The notes under the pieces were generated by a model that was not told the DNA's origin, did no database searches, and saw only the letters and a list, made by a program, of their open reading frames with translations. This document shows positions 1 through 8,908 of a stretch of DNA of 33,918 nucleotides, piece after piece. The translations under genes were made by a program, and so were the position numbers. Source of the stretch: Thermotogota bacterium (lineage in GTDB: Bacteria; Thermotogota; Thermotogae; Petrotogales; Kosmotogaceae); contig JAYEJL010000181.1 in NCBI GenBank assembly GCA_034660555.1, forward strand, positions 1-33,918, in the 5' to 3' direction. Each line of letters starts with the position of its first letter. The stretch's first letter is position 1.

Positions 1-2
1 CC

Positions 3-116
3 TACCTTTACTATGAGGGTAAAGATCTCTCAGAATCTAAAAATCCATCATCACCAAAGGAGCAAGAAACTTCTGAATCAACGGAAACGCTAGAATCTAA
101 AGAAAAAAAGAAGTGA
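3..116 (+). CDS. 3' end of a gene entering from the left edge (charged low-complexity C-terminal tail)
   Basis: Open frame from the edge reads YLYYEGKDLSESKNPSSPKEQETSESTETLESKEKKK, with TGA at 114-116. Confidence 0.5.
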   Translation, partial: YLYYEGKDLSESKNPSSPKEQETSESTETLESKEKKK

Positions 117-230
117 TTTTTAGCTTCTTAAGATAGTTATATCTTACTAACCAGGACCTTGAATGTTTAACGCACTAATTCTTCGAATACATATGATTAC
201 TTTCTATTTAAAGATAATTCCTCCTAATTA

Positions 231-239
231 TGTTATAAT
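231..239 (+). promoter_or_regulatory. Extended -10 sigma70-type promoter (TGtTATAAT)
   Basis: Perfect TGnTATAAT 11 nt upstream of the AGGAGG SD at 251-256. Confidence 0.6.
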
Positions 240-263
240 GTATATGACAAAGGAGGAACTATT

Positions 264-383
264 ATGAAAGGAAAGAAAATTAGAAAAACAGTTCCGGATA
301 ATGAAGAAATAATCTTAACAGATGAAGAATTAAATCTTCTAGAGGTAACCTTTAAAGAAAGAAAAAATCAGAATAACAAGTAA
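264..383 (+). CDS. Small 39-aa protein (not in ORF track) upstream of the B12 radical SAM gene
   Basis: AGGAGG at 251-256, 7-nt spacer, ATG 264. Reads MKGKKIRKTVPDNEEIILTDEELNLLEVTFKERKNQNNK, with TAA at 381-383. Confidence 0.65.
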   Translation: MKGKKIRKTVPDNEEIILTDEELNLLEVTFKERKNQNNK

Positions 384-419
384 ACAAACTTCAATGAAGT
401 ATTGAGGGGGGGCGCAGTA

Positions 420-1787
420 ATGAATGTACTATTAATTAACCCACAAAATACTGGGTATTACTATAAACTTGGTGCTTTTTATCCACCTCTTGGTATGGCT
501 TATATAAGTTCTTATTTAAAGAAGCACGGTCACAACGTAAAAATGATAGATATGAATGCTGAAAGATTTGATTACAAAGATTTTGATTACAGCCAATTTG
601 GTCTTGTTGGTATTTCAACTGACACCGTAAGATTCCCTCTTGTTGTTGATATATCAAGATATGTAAAGAAATGCAATGTTCCATTGGTACTTGGAGGTCC
701 CCATGCAGCTGCGGATTACAAGCGTATCCTTCGTGACAATATTGCAGATTATGTAGTTTTTGGAGAAGGTGAGATACCTACATGTCAACTTGCAAGTGAA
801 CTTGAAAAAGGAAACAGATATCCTGAGTTAGACGGATTGGCTTATTCTAAAGACGGGTCAATAATATCAAAGAAACAGGATTTCATTAAGGGCCTTGATA
901 ATCTCCCCTTTCCAGACAGAGACGGCCTTCCATTAAACAATTACAAATCGCGTTTTGATAAAAATCCTGCTACAAGTATCATTACTTCTCGTGGTTGCCC
1001 GTTTAACTGTGAATTTTGCTCAGCATCACAATTTATGGGCATGAAATGGAGAAAGCGAAGCAATGAAAGTGTACTGGAAGAAATAAAGTTGCTTGTTAAT
1101 AAGTATGGTTATAAATCCATAATTTTCTTTGATGATAATTTTACACTTGACCCTAAAAGGGTTATTGACATCTCTGAAAAAATAATAAAAAACGATCTAA
1201 AAATTAGCTGGTGGGCTTTCTCACGGGCAGATGAAGTAATTGATAATGAAGAAATGCTTGAAGCTCTATCAGCAGCAGGTTGTAAAATGCTTTTTATTGG
1301 TTTTGAAAATATAAATGACGAAATTTTAGAAGAATTCAATAAGAAATTGAGCGGTTCAATAGCCCTTTCAGTCGTAGAAAAACTTAAAAAATTCAACATC
1401 GACACTTTTGCCAGCTTCATAATGGGTGGCCTTAAAGATACCAAAGACAATGTTGTAAAAAACATGAAGTTTTCAAGAAAACTTGGTGCGGAGATTGTCC
1501 AGTTTTCAGTTCTTACTCCATACCCAGGTACAAGACTTTTTACAAAATTAAAGGATAAGCTTTTTAAGAAAAGCTATGAATACTATGATGGAACTCATCT
1601 TGTATTCAAACATCCAAATTTCACTTCATCACAGCTTAGAAGGCTTTTTATGAGAGCTTATTATTATATTTACACCGATCCGAAAAAGCTTTTTAATAGA
1701 GGTTTCCCGTTTTTCTGGAAAATGCTCACTTCCACCACAAAAAACAAAATTCGATACCTCCCAAAAATCTGTCCTGATATTAAATAA
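420..1787 (+). CDS. Cobalamin-binding-domain radical SAM protein (class B methyltransferase-like)
   Basis: N-terminal B12-binding domain (PPLGMAYI, VLGGPH, GEGE) and CxxxCxxC motif SRGCPFNCEFC. Start moved to ATG 420, after a G-rich SD. Confidence 0.9.
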   Translation: MNVLLINPQNTGYYYKLGAFYPPLGMAYISSYLKKHGHNVKMIDMNAERFDYKDFDYSQFGLVGISTDTVRFPLVVDISRYVKKCNVPLVLGGPHAAADYKRILRDNIADYVVFGEGEIPTCQLASELEKGNRYPELDGLAYSKDGSIISKKQDFIKGLDNLPFPDRDGLPLNNYKSRFDKNPATSIITSRGCPFNCEFCSASQFMGMKWRKRSNESVLEEIKLLVNKYGYKSIIFFDDNFTLDPKRVIDISEKIIKNDLKISWWAFSRADEVIDNEEMLEALSAAGCKMLFIGFENINDEILEEFNKKLSGSIALSVVEKLKKFNIDTFASFIMGGLKDTKDNVVKNMKFSRKLGAEIVQFSVLTPYPGTRLFTKLKDKLFKKSYEYYDGTHLVFKHPNFTSSQLRRLFMRAYYYIYTDPKKLFNRGFPFFWKMLTSTTKNKIRYLPKICPDIK

Positions 1788-1832
1788 TCATATATTAACA
1801 AATAATCGATGCCATTAAAAAGGGGTGATTTT

Positions 1833-2300
1833 ATGGCATTAATTATCAAAAGCGTCTTTGGTGAAGGTGAAGTTATTCCTACAAAATTCACCTGTGAAGG
1901 AGAAAATGTAAGCCCATTATTAAAAATCAAGGGAATCAATGAAAAAGTCTCTTCTCTAGCAATAATTCTTGATGATCCTGATGCACCAATGAAAACATTT
2001 GTGCACTGGGTAGCATGGAACATAGAGCCAACAAAAACCATACCCGAAGGTATACCAACATCAAAAGAGGTCACATATCCAATCAATATCGTACAGGGAA
2101 AAAACGATGGAAAAGGTTTTGGCTATATGGGACCCTGTCCGCCGAAAGGCCACGGAGTTCATCACTATCATTTTAAGGTATACGTTCTTGATACTAAACT
2201 AGATTTAAAACCAGGTTCAAGTAAAAGGAAGTTTCTCAAAGCAATAAAAGACCACATCATTGATCAAGCAGAATTAGTGGGCACATATGAACGCAAATAG
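1833..2300 (+). CDS. YbhB/YbcL family PEBP (Raf kinase inhibitor-like) protein
   Basis: DDPDAP, FVHW, YMGPCPP and HHYHF motifs. SD AGGGGTGA precedes ATG 1833. Confidence 0.93.
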   Translation: MALIIKSVFGEGEVIPTKFTCEGENVSPLLKIKGINEKVSSLAIILDDPDAPMKTFVHWVAWNIEPTKTIPEGIPTSKEVTYPINIVQGKNDGKGFGYMGPCPPKGHGVHHYHFKVYVLDTKLDLKPGSSKRKFLKAIKDHIIDQAELVGTYERK

Positions 2301-2313
2301 ACAATTAAACATT

Positions 2314-2351
2314 AGCAAAACCGCATCGCTTAAAAGATGTGGGTTTGCTTT
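2314..2351. terminator. Probable bidirectional intrinsic terminator between convergent genes
   Basis: agcaaaaccgcatc / gatgtgggtttgct inverted repeat (one G-U pair, one mismatch) with an 8-nt loop. Confidence 0.65.
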
Positions 2352-2381
2352 ATAGCTTAAATTTTGAACAAAAATAAATTA

Positions 2382-3029
2382 TCATTTGATCTTTTTATTT
2401 GAATAATCTATGGCATCCACCGGACAAATATTTTGACATTTGAAGCATGTTAGGCATTCATTCTTTTCAATGGTACATTTATCCCCGTCAGTTTCTTTCA
2501 GAACTGCATAAGAAGGACAAACCCTTGAACAGTTACCACAGGAAATGCATTTTGACTTATCTATATTCAACTTAAATCTGGAGATTTTTGAAGTTAGACT
2601 TAAAATGGTACCGTAAGGGCAAAGAAATCTATGCCAAAAATTTTCTTCAAAGAATAGTGTAAGCAGCACAGCAGCTCCCAAAATAAATAAGATAAAGTTT
2701 ATCTGAACACCCGCTGTCCTCAAAAAAAGCATTGTTGAAACAACACCAATTAAAACCACCCAACGCAACCATTCGTTTCTAAGAGCATTATGTGTTTTAA
2801 GTCTCTTGATTCTTAATTTTCTTTTAATCCATAATATTGGTCTTAAGACAGTTTCTATAGGGCATATCCACCCACAGTAAATTCTCCCGAAAAATAAGGA
2901 AATGAATATAAATCCGCCAAAAAGTAGTAACCAGATCTGAATCTTTCCCTGTACTAAAAGGAAAACAAACAGTATCATGGCTAAAATCTCAGTGATAATT
3001 CTGATTTTATCTTTGTTTTGTTTTTTCAT
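2382..3029 (-). CDS. Membrane 4Fe-4S binding protein (NapH/MauN/YccM-like polyferredoxin)
   Basis: GRIYCGWICP and FLCPYG motifs, TM helices, two C-terminal CxxCxxCxxxCP motifs. AGGAGG SD precedes ATG 3029. Confidence 0.88.
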   Translation of the reverse strand: MKKQNKDKIRIITEILAMILFVFLLVQGKIQIWLLLFGGFIFISLFFGRIYCGWICPIETVLRPILWIKRKLRIKRLKTHNALRNEWLRWVVLIGVVSTMLFLRTAGVQINFILFILGAAVLLTLFFEENFWHRFLCPYGTILSLTSKISRFKLNIDKSKCISCGNCSRVCPSYAVLKETDGDKCTIEKNECLTCFKCQNICPVDAIDYSNKKIK

Positions 3030-3096
3030 TTTTCCTCCTGAAAAAGTCTGCTTTCCCAATACTAGATGAATTTCAGGAGTTATGCTGTAACATGTG

Positions 3097-3270
3097 TCAC
3101 GTTTTTTTATTTCTTCTTATTTCGAGTACAGATACTATAATTGCAATTATCCCTATAATAAACTTAAGCGATATTGACCAGCTGGGCTCTTCAAATTCTT
3201 CCATATAAGGAGTTATGGTTCCCATCAATAGTGAAATAACTCCTACTACAAAAAGAACAATTTTAGACAT
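3097..3270 (-). CDS. Small 57-aa two-TM membrane protein (not in ORF track)
   Basis: GGAGGG SD at 3280-3275. Reads MSKIVLFVVGVISLLMGTITPYMEEFEEPSWSISLKFIIGIIAIIVSVLEIRRNKKT: two hydrophobic segments and a basic tail. Confidence 0.75.
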   Translation of the reverse strand: MSKIVLFVVGVISLLMGTITPYMEEFEEPSWSISLKFIIGIIAIIVSVLEIRRNKKT

Positions 3271-3294
3271 AATACCCTCCTTGTTTTAGATACA

Positions 3295-3690
3295 TTAAAT
3301 TTCTTTTATATAAGGTTTGATATCAAGCACTGGGGTCCCGTTTATCAGATCAATTCCCTGAATATGAAGTATATTATTTTTTATTTCAAGTAATTTTGTT
3401 ATTGAAAGTGCTATTGGGTTTGGTCTATGAGGAGATCTAGTTGAAAATACTCCTCTCAATTTGTTATCCGTCCTTGGTATGGTCATTAAAGAGTAGCCCT
3501 GGGATTTATGTAAGTAGGAAATAATTATAATGTATTCAAATCTTTCAAGGCCATTAATACCATCAACATAAACAGGATATATTTCCACAGTTGCTATCGT
3601 ATTTGATGAATAACTTACTTGAGGTGGCGCATCTTTTTTGTTAATGAAAGGTGAATGAATTACACCAATAGACTGTATCTCAAACTTCAA
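3295..3690 (-). CDS. tsaA: tRNA m6t6A37 methyltransferase TrmO/TsaA family
   Basis: IGVIHSPF, GVFSTRSPHRPNPIALS and GTPVLDIKPY motifs. TTG start overlaps the upstream TGA. Confidence 0.92.
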   Translation of the reverse strand: MKFEIQSIGVIHSPFINKKDAPPQVSYSSNTIATVEIYPVYVDGINGLERFEYIIIISYLHKSQGYSLMTIPRTDNKLRGVFSTRSPHRPNPIALSITKLLEIKNNILHIQGIDLINGTPVLDIKPYIKEI

Positions 3691-4520
3691 TTAATGACAT
3701 CCTTTACGAGAAAAGTAACTGTGTAAAATTTTACTGTTTTTTCGACATCTTTACTAACCGTTAATTCCAGCGTTGCTTCGTATTGACCGGTGTTGTATTT
3801 GCCAAGTTTTATTGTCTTTTGTGGATAGGTAAAAGCCTGGGTAACAAAGTCACTTTCTGAAGGTGCATCCAGCTCTGCTTTCACTATGAACTCTCTACCT
3901 TTCTTATAAACTTCATTAACCTTCAAAGAATATCCACCTGTCGGTTTTTCTCCAGCAGAAATCAGAAAAAATAAATTATCATTCGCAGATACTTCTTCAG
4001 TAATTTCAGCTTTGCTATCAACCACATTGAGAGCATTTATGCCAGCGATTCTTGTAGCAGCATTTTTTATGGAAATTACATCAAATAGTTGTTTTATTGG
4101 CAGGAATTCTGAGCCGTGAATCTCAATATTAAAAAGTTTGATTCTTTCAATGTTTTTTGATGAAATTACTATATGCGGTTCAATATTATAATACAGATTT
4201 GTTTCTGTGATCGAAATACTTTTTGTAATATAAGCATCTGAAAACTCTATCTCGAGTACAGCCTCTTTATTAATATCTTCATTGATGTTGGGTTTAAATA
4301 TCCAGCCTTTGATTAAAAAAACAAATCTGTCTGTTCCAAGTTTTGACATATCCTTTATTTGCAAACTCATGCTTCTTGTACCAAAATACTCAAAACTTAG
4401 ATTTTCGCAATCCTTTGACACCGGGTTAATAATTAGCATGGTTTCATTGAAGTAGTTCAGTGAAAACACTGAAACAAAAATCAAAATAAACAAAGCTAAG
4501 AACAATGCTTTTTTTATCAC
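3687..4520 (-). CDS. Secreted protein with C-terminal PrcB-like domain
   Basis: Signal-peptide-like N-terminus from GTG 4520 (SD AGGTG). C-terminal GEKPTGGYSLKV...VTQAFTYP is typical of PrcB_C. Confidence 0.75.
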   Translation of the reverse strand: MIKKALFLALFILIFVSVFSLNYFNETMLIINPVSKDCENLSFEYFGTRSMSLQIKDMSKLGTDRFVFLIKGWIFKPNINEDINKEAVLEIEFSDAYITKSISITETNLYYNIEPHIVISSKNIERIKLFNIEIHGSEFLPIKQLFDVISIKNAATRIAGINALNVVDSKAEITEEVSANDNLFFLISAGEKPTGGYSLKVNEVYKKGREFIVKAELDAPSESDFVTQAFTYPQKTIKLGKYNTGQYEATLELTVSKDVEKTVKFYTVTFLVKDVIN

Positions 4521-4635
4521 AGCAGACACCTGCTTATATGAGAATAATATTACCCTTATATTGTAGAATATTATCATCTTAAATAAAAACTACTTAATAA
4601 ATTATTGTAAACATCAAATCTATGGAGGGAAAATA

Positions 4636-5040
4636 ATGGCAAAACTAATGAGAGTAATTAATAGAGAACAATGCATTGGTTGCTACAGCTGTATGTTTGC
4701 ATGTTCTAGAGCCTGGGAGAATGCACTGACCGTGGAAAAAGCAGCTTTACGGGTCAAGAATTATCCAGGTGTTGAAGGCGCTTTCTCAGTCAGGATATGT
4801 TATGGCTGTACAGAGCCTGATTGCGCCTCTGTCTGTCCCACAGACGCGCTGAAACCAAGAGATGGTGGTGGTGTTAAATTTGATTCTACAAAGTGCATAA
4901 ATTGTGGTGAATGTATAAAAGCATGTATCCCTGGAGCCCTACAATGGGATACAGAAAATAAGGTTCCATTAGTATGTAGACATTGTGGTATTTGTGCAGA
5001 TTATTGCCCAAATGATGTCCTGGCACTGGTGGAGGTATAA
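4636..5040 (+). CDS. Multi-4Fe-4S electron-transfer subunit, partner of AOR
   Basis: Four Cys motifs (CIGCYSCMFAC, CYGCTEPDCASVCP, CINCGECIKACIP, CRHCGICADYCP). GGAGG SD. Ends 2 nt before the AOR gene. Confidence 0.9.
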   Translation: MAKLMRVINREQCIGCYSCMFACSRAWENALTVEKAALRVKNYPGVEGAFSVRICYGCTEPDCASVCPTDALKPRDGGGVKFDSTKCINCGECIKACIPGALQWDTENKVPLVCRHCGICADYCPNDVLALVEV

Positions 5041-5042
5041 AT

Positions 5043-6800
5043 ATGCGAAAGTTCTATATGCTTGATATAAATTTATCTAATAAGGAATATTCAAAAAAAG
5101 ACATTACTGGATATTTCAAAAACTGGCTTGGTGGTACCGGTGTAGCCACAAAAATGCTCACTGAATCATGCAGTAATGATGTAACACCTTATTCTACTGA
5201 GGCTCCCATAATTTTCGCAATAGGTCCGCTAAACAATCTTTATCCTGTTATGACAAAAACAGTATGCTTGTTCAAATCACCACTCACAAACAATTTAGGA
5301 GAATCTCATGCTGGTGGAAGACTGGCACTTGCCATGTATGAGGCTGGTTACCATGTTATTAAAATAACAGGCAAATGTGAAAAACCAACATTTCTAGAAA
5401 TTGAAAACGAATCAGTAAAATTTCATCAAGCCTATTCATTGAAAGGAATGTCTGCCCTCGCAACACATAGAGTCATTAGAGATCGGATTGATTCTATTGG
5501 TAAGCGTTCAGTTATAAGAATTGGACCTGCAGGAGAAAGAAAGTCCCCAATAGCCTGTGCTACAGTTGATTCTTCAAGACATTTCGGGAGATTAGGTCTT
5601 GGAGGTGTAATGGGATCAAAGAATCTTAAAGCTATTGTCATTTCTGGTAATAAATACTGGTCTATTGAAAACAAAGGAAAATACAATAAGCTATACACTG
5701 ATTTATATAAAAAAGTCGTTGAATCAGACGCAATGGCTAAGTATCACGATCTAGGAACTCCAATGAATGTTATTCCCTTAAACAAAATCAATGGATTGCC
5801 AACAAGAAATTTTTCTCAGGGCTTTTTCGAAGGTTCAGAAAGTATTTCAGGTGAAGAATTCGCAAGTGAAAATCTTGCTCAGCAAATCGCATGCGCTGGT
5901 TGTCAAATAGGGTGCATTCACATGGCTACGTACAGAGAACCCTTTAACGAAGAACATCATATGTATAAAACTTCAAAAGTTTCTTATGATTATGAATTAA
6001 TATATGCTTTGGGTTCAAATCTTTCTATAGATTCAACGAAAACAATTTTAAAACTTCTACATTTCATCGAAAAACAGGGATGGGATGCTATCAGTATAGG
6101 ATTGACTCTCTCCTGGGCTACTGATACTTTTCAAAAGGGAATAATAAGTAACAACGATACCAACGGACAAATAATTAATTATGGTGATGGTGAGAATTAC
6201 TTAAAAGTTCTGGAAAATATTGCAAAAGGTAAAAATAAATTTTTCGGAGATCTTGAAAAAGGAGCTTATTATTGTTCCAAGATCTATGGAAACACCGAAA
6301 GTTCAATAGTTTTCGGAAAAAATGAGGCTCCTGGATACATAACGGGAATGAACGCATTTCTTGGTTTTGCTACTGGTGTAAGGCATTCTCATCTGGATAG
6401 TGCTGGTTACTCTATTGATCAAGCGATTCTAAAAGAACCAACAGGTAGAAAACAACAGGTTGAATCACTATACAATGAGGCACTATGGAGAATGATTTTT
6501 AATTCTCTTGTTGGATGCCTTTTTGCAAGAAAAATTTATTCAAAAGAAGTGATTCTTGATGCTCTTGAAACAGCTGGAATAAGTGGCTGGACTGAAAATA
6601 AATTTAATGAACTTTCACATAGAATTCATGGTTTAAAATATAAATTTAAAATGGACAATGGATTTAGTTTTAAAGAATTAGAATTGCCCAAGAAATTACT
6701 TAACGTATATACTTCTAATGGAAAGCTTAATCAAGAAGATTTCTATAAGGGAGTAAATCAATATCTGAATTATGTGAAAAGTGATCTAAAGAAGATTTAG
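5043..6800 (+). CDS. Aldehyde:ferredoxin oxidoreductase (AOR/WOR tungstoenzyme family)
   Basis: KSPLT..ESHAGG, IGPAGE, GRLGLGGVMGSKNLKAI, CxxCxxxC (CAGCQIGC) and a C-terminal SLVGCLF cysteine. Confidence 0.92.
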   Translation: MRKFYMLDINLSNKEYSKKDITGYFKNWLGGTGVATKMLTESCSNDVTPYSTEAPIIFAIGPLNNLYPVMTKTVCLFKSPLTNNLGESHAGGRLALAMYEAGYHVIKITGKCEKPTFLEIENESVKFHQAYSLKGMSALATHRVIRDRIDSIGKRSVIRIGPAGERKSPIACATVDSSRHFGRLGLGGVMGSKNLKAIVISGNKYWSIENKGKYNKLYTDLYKKVVESDAMAKYHDLGTPMNVIPLNKINGLPTRNFSQGFFEGSESISGEEFASENLAQQIACAGCQIGCIHMATYREPFNEEHHMYKTSKVSYDYELIYALGSNLSIDSTKTILKLLHFIEKQGWDAISIGLTLSWATDTFQKGIISNNDTNGQIINYGDGENYLKVLENIAKGKNKFFGDLEKGAYYCSKIYGNTESSIVFGKNEAPGYITGMNAFLGFATGVRHSHLDSAGYSIDQAILKEPTGRKQQVESLYNEALWRMIFNSLVGCLFARKIYSKEVILDALETAGISGWTENKFNELSHRIHGLKYKFKMDNGFSFKELELPKKLLNVYTSNGKLNQEDFYKGVNQYLNYVKSDLKKI

Positions 6801-6845
6801 TTTGGATTTAAATATACTGGTAAAAACAAATATGGCACTTCAGTA

Positions 6846-7196
6846 TTAACTACAATCCATTTTATTATCGTTGTTCCAAAACACTGTAACTATTTCAAGG
6901 TATCTATCACGGATTGCTATAACTGCAGTTAATTCGTCGTCAAAGACCTTGATTCTATTGCTTTGTGTTATACTCGTTTTAATCTTCTCTGAATCAAGAA
7001 GATTGAAAACTCTTTCCGGATCAATTTTTCTTTCATCCATTCTATGAATTGCATGAGGTGAAAAAGAAACTTTAAGTGTTTTTTCATCTATATCTACGCT
7101 AGTTAAACTGTCATGCTTATAGTCTTCTTCCTGAAAACTTTTTACTATTAGTGCAACGATAATTATTCCAATTGTAAGACCAATAATGTATAACAT
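6846..7196 (-). CDS. Membrane-anchored DUF4258-like domain protein
   Basis: SD AAGGTGA precedes ATG 7196. N-terminal hydrophobic helix, then FSPHAIHRMDERKI ... IVTVF pattern. Confidence 0.7.
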   Translation of the reverse strand: MLYIIGLTIGIIIVALIVKSFQEEDYKHDSLTSVDIDEKTLKVSFSPHAIHRMDERKIDPERVFNLLDSEKIKTSITQSNRIKVFDDELTAVIAIRDRYLEIVTVFWNNDNKMDCS

Positions 7197-7224
7197 TCCT
7201 ATCACCTTCATATAAAATAGAAAT

Positions 7225-8853
7225 ATGGGCGAACTCACAAAATTAATTAAATGGCGTATTCTGGAAAATTATAACATCTTTACAAGACATGGAATAAAGA
7301 GTATTGTAGTTATTCTGGCAGCTGCTGGGTTAGTGGGGTTGCTAGTTTTCCCGTTTGTTTTCTATATTAGGGATTACTTCATTCCAAATTTCGAAGAATT
7401 GGCAGAACTAGCGCCAAGGCTACAAGAATTAACTGGAGTGGATCTAAATACTTTAATAGTAGCATTTTTATCATCTGTAATATTTGTTATAATGCTTGGA
7501 AGTGATTTACCAGTTGCCGTATCAAATTTATTTTTCTCTGACAGAGTTCAATTCATGTTAAGCACACCTGTAAAATCATTAAATATTTTTAGATCTCAAA
7601 TGCTGGAAGTTCTTGCTGCTGGAAGCTTGCCATTGTTGCTTTTTGTCCCAATTTTTTTGAGTGCTTTGAGCGGACTAGGTTTTTCCGGAATAGACTTTGT
7701 TTACGCACTTTTTCTTCTGATTTTATACATAATTAATATTTTAATGTTAACCACACTGGTTTCTTTCTTAGTAGTTTTTATTGCCATGGGAAGAATACTA
7801 AAATATATTTCTGTAATAATGACTGCTTTTACATTATTTGCCTTTGTTTTTACACTAAGGTTCCTAGATTTCTCCCAAATAGATCTTGCGAAACCACAGG
7901 AAGTAGTGCAGAAGTTCTCGGGTTTTCAGGAAGTATTGCTATCAAGATTTCTCCCGTGGAGTCCTTTTGTTAACGCTATTGTTGGCGACTATGAAGATAA
8001 AATTATTTATATGGTTTACTTCATTATCGTAGCATTAATTACTGATACAGTAGGAAGATTTCTTTATAAAAAAACTATTCATTCTATCCATAGTTATACC
8101 TCAAAACCAATGAACAAATATAAAGTAACTGAAAAGAGATTACCTGTATTCCTTTCATTAATGAAGAAGGAATTGATGCTTGTATTTCGTGAACCTAAAC
8201 TTGCATTTGCCTTTATATATCCATTGTTCTTTGTTCCAATAATTAGTCTGGCCAATCCATTTTTATTGAAAGGTGGAGGCGTTATTCAGCTTATTGGTTT
8301 AAGCGTATTTCTTATTTGCAATTACACAACAGTTTCCTCAACAGCTCTTTTTGCATTTGAAAGGCAAATCAAGGAATATCGAAATACATTTCCCATTAAT
8401 TCATTGACAAAAGCATTTGCAAAAGGTTTAACAATCTTCTTAATTTATACGTTTATTGTAATTGCTTTGGTACTATATTTTAGGATTCGAATTCCAGAAT
8501 ACTCTGGTTTTATCACTACATTTATGGTTCTACTATTACCATCGGAATTTGTCCTGGCTTTATTTGGAGGTACTTTAGAAAAACACCATGGTACAGGTGA
8601 ATCTAAGAACGTTTTTAAATCGCTTACTTTCACAGGGGCTGTGCTTTCATTTATATTTAGTTCGTTAATACCTGTTTTCTCCAGTCTTTCTTTGGCCCTT
8701 TTAAAATCTGAAAATATCGACTTTTTCATTACTTTCCTCGGTTTACCGATTTCTGGCTTTCACCGGCTACTTTTTGGACTATTTATTCCTATAGCTTTAT
8801 GGATAACATTGTTAATGTGGTTTATAAAGGTTTTTAGAACTGAACGCAATTGA
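7225..8853 (+). CDS. Large polytopic membrane protein, putative ABC-2-type permease
   Basis: Many TM segments, with MLSTPV and LMKKELMLVFREP motifs typical of duplicated ABC-2 permeases. Confidence 0.75.
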   Translation: MGELTKLIKWRILENYNIFTRHGIKSIVVILAAAGLVGLLVFPFVFYIRDYFIPNFEELAELAPRLQELTGVDLNTLIVAFLSSVIFVIMLGSDLPVAVSNLFFSDRVQFMLSTPVKSLNIFRSQMLEVLAAGSLPLLLFVPIFLSALSGLGFSGIDFVYALFLLILYIINILMLTTLVSFLVVFIAMGRILKYISVIMTAFTLFAFVFTLRFLDFSQIDLAKPQEVVQKFSGFQEVLLSRFLPWSPFVNAIVGDYEDKIIYMVYFIIVALITDTVGRFLYKKTIHSIHSYTSKPMNKYKVTEKRLPVFLSLMKKELMLVFREPKLAFAFIYPLFFVPIISLANPFLLKGGGVIQLIGLSVFLICNYTTVSSTALFAFERQIKEYRNTFPINSLTKAFAKGLTIFLIYTFIVIALVLYFRIRIPEYSGFITTFMVLLLPSEFVLALFGGTLEKHHGTGESKNVFKSLTFTGAVLSFIFSSLIPVFSSLSLALLKSENIDFFITFLGLPISGFHRLLFGLFIPIALWITLLMWFIKVFRTERN

Positions 8854-8860
8854 ATATGCA

Positions 8861-8869
8861 TGATATAAT
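8861..8869 (+). promoter_or_regulatory. Extended -10 promoter for the MoxR operon (TGaTATAAT)
   Basis: Perfect TGnTATAAT in the 55-nt gap before the GGAGG SD and ATG 8909. Confidence 0.6.
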
Positions 8870-8908
8870 CGTTCAGAAATATAATTAACGTAGCTCGGAG
8901 GTATAACA

